The notes under the pieces: model-generated | What the model saw: the letters and a program-made list of their open reading frames with translations, nothing else | Told to the model about the DNA's origin: nothing | The model's database searches: none | NCBI GenBank assembly: GCA_963829525.1 | Contig: CAWHIJ010000003.1 | Coordinates: forward strand, 960,001-1,024,000 | DNA length: 64,000 nt | Source of the DNA: an uncultured Actinomycetota bacterium | GTDB taxonomy: Bacteria > Actinomycetota > Actinomycetes > JAHEKZ01 | Reading direction: 5' to 3' | Program-made: the position numbers and the translations under genes | Shown: one piece after another, positions 58,593 to 64,000 of the stretch | How positions within the stretch are numbered: the first letter of the stretch is position 1 | Layout: every line of letters starts with the position of its first letter

Positions 58593-58798
58593 GGGGCGAG
58601 GGCGTAGCCGGCCTCATCGACGGCTGCGGCGACGGCGTCCTGGGTGAGGGCCTCTGAGCTGACCACGGTGACGGCACCGCTCGAGAGCTCGACGTCGACA
58701 CGCTGGACGCCATCGAGCGCCGTGATCTCGTCGGTGACGGCCTTGACACAGTGACCGCAGGTCATGCCGGTCACTCGGTAGGTGCTGGTCACGGACAT
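58589..58798 (-). CDS. copZ: Copper chaperone (HMA domain)
   Basis: GMTCGHC...AVDEAGY. Confidence 0.92.
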   Translation of the reverse strand: MSVTSTYRVTGMTCGHCVKAVTDEITALDGVQRVDVELSSGAVTVVSSEALTQDAVAAAVDEAGYALAP

Positions 58799-58855
58799 TG
58801 GTTCTCCCGAAGGTTTCAGCGCGGTAGTAGACGTCCCGTGGCCTTCAACCAAAGC

Positions 58856-59236
58856 CTAGGCCTTGATGTTCCCCCAGGCGCGCACGACGTCCCGCATCGA
58901 GATGATCCCCACCACGCTGCTGCCCTCGACTACGACGAGGTGCCGGAAGCCTCCTCGTTTCATCGCATCGGTTGCTTCGTCCAGGCTCCACCCCGGCGAG
59001 CCGTAGGCGGAGTCCTTGGTCAGGTGGTCAGTGGCCGTCGAAGTGTCGAGGTCGACGCCTCCGGCGACCGCACTCACGATGTCGCGCTCAGTCAAGATCC
59101 CCGGGCCGTCAGCTTCAGGGTCGTGAACGACAACCGACCCGATCTTTCGGTCGGCCATCACCTTGCTGGCCTCCCGCAGCGAGTGCGACGGACCGATGGT
59201 GACCACATCAGTGGTCATGGCGTCGGAGACGATCAT
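58856..59236 (-). CDS. Stand-alone tandem CBS-domain protein
   Basis: GILTERDIV and FRHLVVV...GIISMRDV; GGAGG RBS. Confidence 0.9.
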   Translation of the reverse strand: MIVSDAMTTDVVTIGPSHSLREASKVMADRKIGSVVVHDPEADGPGILTERDIVSAVAGGVDLDTSTATDHLTKDSAYGSPGWSLDEATDAMKRGGFRHLVVVEGSSVVGIISMRDVVRAWGNIKA

Positions 59237-59325
59237 GGTGCACCTCCCGGGGCAGTACCTCCATGATCGATCTCGAGCGAGCCGCAAAGCAATGGCTGCA
59301 CGGAGTCATCTCGGTCAACCCTGAT

Positions 59326-59347
59326 AATCGATTTGACACTATCGATT
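59326..59347 (+). promoter_or_regulatory. TTGACA -35 box flanked by AATCGAT/ATCGATT inverted repeat
   Basis: AATCGAT-TTGACACT-ATCGATT; no clear canonical -10. Confidence 0.5.
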
Positions 59348-59368
59348 CCTACCCAACTTCCCGAATCC

Positions 59369-59575
59369 GTGCTGGCCACCCTGGGCCGAGCCGCTAGGAG
59401 GGTGACAAACGGAAAGCCACTCCTCTTGATAGACCTCGTCGACGAGGGGCGCGAGAGGGGGTTGATTGATAAGGCTGGGAAACGTCCCTCAGGAAGCCGA
59501 GTCCGAGCCGGAAATGGGCTTACCCCCGCCATGCGCGTTTCGGCGGACGGTTCCTCACCCGGGCGATATCGGCAC
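59369..59575 (+). ncRNA. Candidate ~210-nt structured non-coding RNA
   Basis: Long-range closing stems and several internal hairpins with G-U pairs favouring the + strand; no credible ORF. Confidence 0.45.
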
Positions 59576-60511
59576 CTATGCGTGAGTGGCGGCGAGCCAA
59601 TCGAACAGCGCGGCCCGAACGGCGTCGGGCTGCTCGTACTGCGGCAGGTGCCCTGCGTCGCTGATCTCGACGTAGCGTGCATCCCGGATGGCTCGGGCGA
59701 TGGGCTTGTTCCACTCCGGGCCGCAGACGATGTCGTGCTCACCCGCGATCACCAAGGTCGGGCAGCTGACGGTCGACAGAGACGGCAGGGTGTTGGTCCG
59801 TGCATCGATCGGGTCGTCCGACCCGTACCACGCCAACTGCATGTCCATGTTCACCCGAAAGTCGTCCTGGATTCGGCGCACGTGTGGCGCGGACAGTGGC
59901 GTGGTGGGGTCGGAGAAGTACAACGGCCATGCCGGCCGGTAGGAGGCGTTGCCCTCCTCCTCGCTGATCTCGATGCCCGACTCGTACTGCGCCACCTCGT
60001 CGTTCAACCCATGGACGCCCGCGTCGTAGTAAGACCGACCCTCGTGACGGGCCAGGTTGCGCTCCCGCTCGGCAGTCGTGCGCTCGTAGTCGATTTCGGG
60101 GTTGCCATCAGCGCCACCGGGGTACCCGTTGATCACGATGAGTTTCTCGATCGACTCAGGGTGTGCGGCTGCCCACGCGGGAGCCAGGACGCCGCCCCAC
60201 GAGTGACCCATGATCGTCACTCGATCGAACCCGAGCGCCTTTCGGACCTGTTCCCACCAGTCGATGAGAGCGTCCAGTTCGTAGCCTGACGGGTCAACGG
60301 GTGGCGATGTCCGGCCGCAGCCTGGAGCGTTGACCAAGTGGCACCGGAACACGTCCTGGATCAACTCAGCGTCGGGTCGGGCCAGGTGCGCCCAGATGCC
60401 AGGGCCACCCTCGACCCAGATCAGCGGGGGGCCGTCGCCTACGGCCTCCCACTCGACGATCCCATCGTCCAGAGTCAGGGTGTCGGCCAGTTCGAAGTCC
60501 ACCAAGGTCAC
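59576..60511 (-). CDS. Alpha/beta hydrolase (proline iminopeptidase-like)
   Basis: GGPG, GHSWGG nucleophile, GEHD and AGHLP; GTG start 6 nt after TACTGT. Confidence 0.9.
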   Translation of the reverse strand: MTLVDFELADTLTLDDGIVEWEAVGDGPPLIWVEGGPGIWAHLARPDAELIQDVFRCHLVNAPGCGRTSPPVDPSGYELDALIDWWEQVRKALGFDRVTIMGHSWGGVLAPAWAAAHPESIEKLIVINGYPGGADGNPEIDYERTTAERERNLARHEGRSYYDAGVHGLNDEVAQYESGIEISEEEGNASYRPAWPLYFSDPTTPLSAPHVRRIQDDFRVNMDMQLAWYGSDDPIDARTNTLPSLSTVSCPTLVIAGEHDIVCGPEWNKPIARAIRDARYVEISDAGHLPQYEQPDAVRAALFDWLAATHA

Positions 60512-60926
60512 CCCGAGACAGTATCCCCGGAACACTCAGAGACCGCCCCGAATGCCGGATACAGATCCGCTATGCAGCCTTGCCCACGGTGGCCCCGACG
60601 ATCGCCTACAGCCAGTCAAGGCGTCTTGAGGAGCACACGGGCCCACTAGCTCAGAGCGCACCTACCCAGCCCCCGACAGATGGGGGGAAGCCTTGGGAAG
60701 GGTGAACAGTCACGCACGACAGCATCTTGAGAGGGGCAGAGATCAGTACCGCTTAGGGCTCTCGCTCACTGTCGTGGCCTCGATCTCGACGACGCTGCGT
60801 TGCGTTGACAATGTCACCCAGGTGGCCACGACTGGCCCGAGCTGTGCGCGTGCGGCTACTCGTGCTCGTATCGCCCTGGACCACTATCGTTCGTCCCCGA
60901 ACAGGTGAACGGAGTGTGGAGGGGAC

Positions 60927-62862
60927 GTGAGTGAGTATCGGGAGCCGCTGACCGCTAGAGCGTCGGCATGGCTTCCGATCCTTTCCTGGTTGCCGCTCTA
61001 CCACCGGCGGCGGCTGAGTGCGGATCTGCTGGCTGGTGCCGTGGTCGCTGCACTCGTCATCCCTCAGGCGCTGGGGTACGCAGGGATCGCTGGGGTGCCG
61101 ATCCAAGTGGGTCTTTATGCGGTTCCGCTGGCTCTGGTCGCTTACGCGCTGCTCGGTTCCTCCCGACAGCTGATCGTCGGACCGGTGTCGACTGTTTCAG
61201 TGCTCTCGGGTTCGCTGGTGGCGACGTGGTCGAGTGGTGATCCAGCGTTGGCACTCAAACTCACTACAGCGTTGGCCATCACCTGCGGCGTGGTTCTCGT
61301 TGTCACCGGACTGCTTGGCCTGGGCTGGACGGCCGAGTTCTTGTCTAAGCCCATCGTCACCGGATTTGTGTTCGGCCTTACCGTCGTCATCGTGGTCGGT
61401 GAGATCCCCAGCATCCTGGGCGTGCCGCGCACTTCGGGGGACGTTCTTCAACAAGTGGTCGAGCTTGCCTACCACCTTGACGACATCCAATGGGACACGC
61501 TTGTCGTCGGGGTCGTCTCCTTGGTCTTGCTGTTTGCCGGCTCGCGGTTCGTTCCCCACGTGCCCTGGGGTTTGGTGGTCCTCTTGGTCGGCATCGTCGT
61601 CTCGCAGGGTGCCGACCTCGCAGCGCGGGGCGTAGCCACGGTAGGTCACGTGCCGACAGGACTACCGCCGCTTACGCTTCCAGGAATTCCAGCGGACCAA
61701 ATCCCCAATGTGCTTTTCGGCGGTGTCGCCATTGCGCTGGTGGGTCTGGCAGAGGGGCTCAGCGCAGCGCGACTGTTTGCTCAGTCCGGCGGCTACCGCA
61801 TCGAGTCCAACCAGGAACTCGTCGCAACCGGAGCAGCCAACATCGGGGCCGGGCTTTCCGGGGGGCTGGGAGTGGCTGGGAGTCTGTCCAAGACGGCGGC
61901 ATCAGTTCGGGCCGGCGGCGGTTCGCAGATCGTCGGGCTCTTTGCCGCAATGATTGTCGCAGTCGCAGTGGTGGCATTCATCGGATCAATTGAACCGCTG
62001 CCTCGTGCCGTGCTCTCGGCCATCGTGATCCATGCTGTTTGGGGCTTGATGGACGTCGATGCAATTCGTCGATACCGCCGAAATTAGACGCAACGACTTC
62101 ATCGGCTGCATGGCTGCACTGGGCGGAGTGCTTGTCTTTGGCACCCTCTACGGGCTGCTTGCGGCGATTGGTCTGTCGGTCCTTGGGCTTGTCTACCGGT
62201 CCAGCCAAGTGGATGCCGATGTCATGGGCAAAATCAGCGATGAAAAGGCCGCATGGGGAAGTGTGGCACGCCACCCAGAGCGCTCCACCGTTGATGGGGT
62301 TCTCGTGTTGAGGCTCGACGCTCCAGTCTTCTGGGTCAACGCTGCTGAGGTGCGCGAACGTATCCTGGCCGAAGTTGATGCCGACCCAAGCGTTCACGTC
62401 CTGATCCTTGACCTCGAGTCGACGAATCAGCTGGACGTGACTAGCGCAGACATGCTCGACGGGTTGCTCGATGACCTCCGAAGTCGCGGAGTGGACCTTC
62501 ACCTCGTGAGGGTGTTTCACTTTGTCAGGAGGGTGCTGAGAGCCAGTGGCTTTGAGGAGCGGTTGGGTGCAGATCACATGTGGCACAGCATCTCCCAGGG
62601 TGTCCGTTCCGCAAAGGCGCAAAGCAAGGCGCTGGTCGAGGGTGCAGATGCCGAGGCAACGCCTTCTGCCGAGAGCATCGCGGTCGAGGATGAACCCTTC
62701 AACGGTCTGACGGAAGACGAGGAGGAGCCATCTTTGCTGGGCTCGGGCAAGCAGCGCAAGAAGTCTGAGCTAGCCACAAAGAAGCACCACAAGAAGAGTC
62801 CGAAGACCGCAAAGAACAAGAGGCAGGGTAGGCACCCCGACCGACCTCACGGTGGAACGTAG
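60927..62862 (+). CDS. SulP-family anion transporter with STAS domain, +1 frameshift near 62076
   Basis: Motifs DLLAG, PQALGYA, GSSRQL and NQELVA. The second frame holds the last TMs and STAS (RLDAPVFWVNA, LDVTSA). Confidence 0.88.
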
Positions 62863-62947
62863 CCGGTGAGATCAGCCGTTGAATCGATCGAAAGGAGCGG
62901 CACCCTCCGGCGCCCGGTCGAACCGATGCGACCGGCTCCCGCCAGAC

Positions 62948-63403
62948 TCAGAGCCGTCCCTTGTGCTGCGCGAAGACCATTGACGTCACCAACAGCACTG
63001 AGGTGGCCACCGTGACCGCCCACAGACCACGGTCGAGCCAGAACATCGGGGCACCCATGGCAACAATGCCTCCGAAGAAGAGCACGAGGTAGGGCACCAG
63101 AACCGACGGACGGGGCGGTGCGCGGAACTCGATCGGTCGCCAGTAGTCGACGACCAGCATCAGGATCACGAAGGTGACGAAGACCGCAGGTCCGACCCAC
63201 TGAGCACTCCCCTCGCGAATGAGCTGGACCAGGGCAGCACCGGCAGGAACCGCCAACGCCGCAATCACGAGGCCAATCCTGCGATTCGGACCCATCCCCC
63301 TCGAGGGTCGCAGGACGAAGCCGATCGACTGCAACACGTTGACCAAGTTCACCACCAGCCAGACGGTCACGGTTGCCCAGCCGAGTTGGTGGAGGGCGGT
63401 CAC
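62948..63403 (-). CDS. Hypothetical multi-TM membrane protein
   Basis: About 5 hydrophobic segments and good codon bias. Confidence 0.65.
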   Translation of the reverse strand: MTALHQLGWATVTVWLVVNLVNVLQSIGFVLRPSRGMGPNRRIGLVIAALAVPAGAALVQLIREGSAQWVGPAVFVTFVILMLVVDYWRPIEFRAPPRPSVLVPYLVLFFGGIVAMGAPMFWLDRGLWAVTVATSVLLVTSMVFAQHKGRL

Positions 63404-63529
63404 AGGCAGACTCTGACACACAGCGGCCCCCGTGACTCCAAGCGAGGGACTGGGGGCAGGTCAGCGAGTCAACAAAAGCGGGGGTCATCTCGACGATCGC
63501 AGGACTGGCGACGCTGGCACACTGGCCTG

Positions 63530-64000
63530 ATGAGTGAGTGGCGGACGCCAGTTGTCGTATTCGCGTGGATCCCCATCACGCTCGGCCTCGACGGTGGTGT
63601 CACGCTCCCTCAGCAGTATCTGCTCGGGCTCATGACGTGGTGCTTGCTGCTGCTCCTCCTCCGTAGCGAGACTCCACTCGTTCGTGTGCAGACAGCGGTG
63701 GTCATCGTCTTTGCCACCCTTGTGGAGTACACGTTCTCGCCGTGGCTTGAGGTCTACACCTACCGCTTCGACAATGTGCCGTCCTTCGTGCCACCTGGCC
63801 ATGGGCTGGTCTACCTGGCGGCACTCTGCATGGGGCGGTCGACCTTCTTTCGAACGCATGCGCGTTCACTGGTGACGGCGACGATCATCGTCAGTGGTCT
63901 GTATGCAATGTGGGGCATCAGTCCGTGGTCGCCAAGATCAGACCTTCTCGGCTTCTTATGGTTCGGGTGCCTGCTGGGATTCCTTGCCTGGGGCCGGTCA
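63530..64000 (+). CDS. Hypothetical multi-TM membrane protein (runs off window)
   Basis: Open frame from ATG 63530: MSEWRTPVVVFAW...VEYTFSPWLEVYTYRFDNVPSFVPPGHGLVYL; not in the ORF track. Confidence 0.75.
   Translation, partial: MSEWRTPVVVFAWIPITLGLDGGVTLPQQYLLGLMTWCLLLLLLRSETPLVRVQTAVVIVFATLVEYTFSPWLEVYTYRFDNVPSFVPPGHGLVYLAALCMGRSTFFRTHARSLVTATIIVSGLYAMWGISPWSPRSDLLGFLWFGCLLGFLAWGRS

Noticed and set aside
59430-59575. c-di-AMP (ydaO) riboswitch on the minus strand (GCCGA...GAGGAACC...GGGGTAA...GAGGGA-CGTT-TCCC...TCAATCAACC)
   Set aside because: Motif order is suggestive, but the P1 and P3 pairings and the CCCG-CAGCUAAC core do not fit, and G-U pairs favour the + strand.
60639-60662. tRNA-like start GGGCCCACTAGCTCAGAGCGCACC
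   Set aside because: No D-loop, anticodon arm, T-arm or acceptor complement follows.
39755-62090. Programmed ribosomal frameshifting in dppB, rsgA, copA or sulP
   Set aside because: No slippery heptamers or stimulatory structures at the junctions, and these families are not known recoding cases.
1-64000. CRISPR array, prophage, integrase/transposase or defence system
   Set aside because: No regularly spaced direct repeats and no recognisable cas, phage, recombinase or defence motifs in any ORF.

Overview
High-GC Actinomycetota chromosomal segment. Many genes look leaderless, with a TANNNT -10 box 6-7 nt before the start codon. It opens with a conserved actinobacterial block (NUDIX, zincin, moaE, PDZ/Lon protease, PPA1309, UPF0182) ending at tRNA-fMet. 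Next comes a mosaic accessory region with gene remnants, divergent regulator/small-protein cassettes, a DEAD-box helicase, a tyrosinase and an ApbE/FMN-binding/ferric-reductase flavinylation module. An approximately 11 kb amine-catabolism locus follows: GlnA4-like gamma-glutamylation genes, a choline/ethanolamine-type kinase, a GcvT-fused flavoprotein, an APC permease and a GntR regulator with repeated GGTCTAGAC-like operators. The rest holds a peptide ABC transporter, rsgA, pirin, narGHJI with an ArnR-like regulator and two NarK transporters, CBS-copZ-copA, a hydrolase and SulP. Six genes are each broken by a single +1 base, probably sequencing artefacts. Best novelty candidates: the extended gamma-glutamylation/kinase/demethylase regulon, an unannotated ~210-nt structured RNA at 59369-59575, and two small ORFs missed by the ORF track. 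All calls come from visual motif recognition; no database searches were run.
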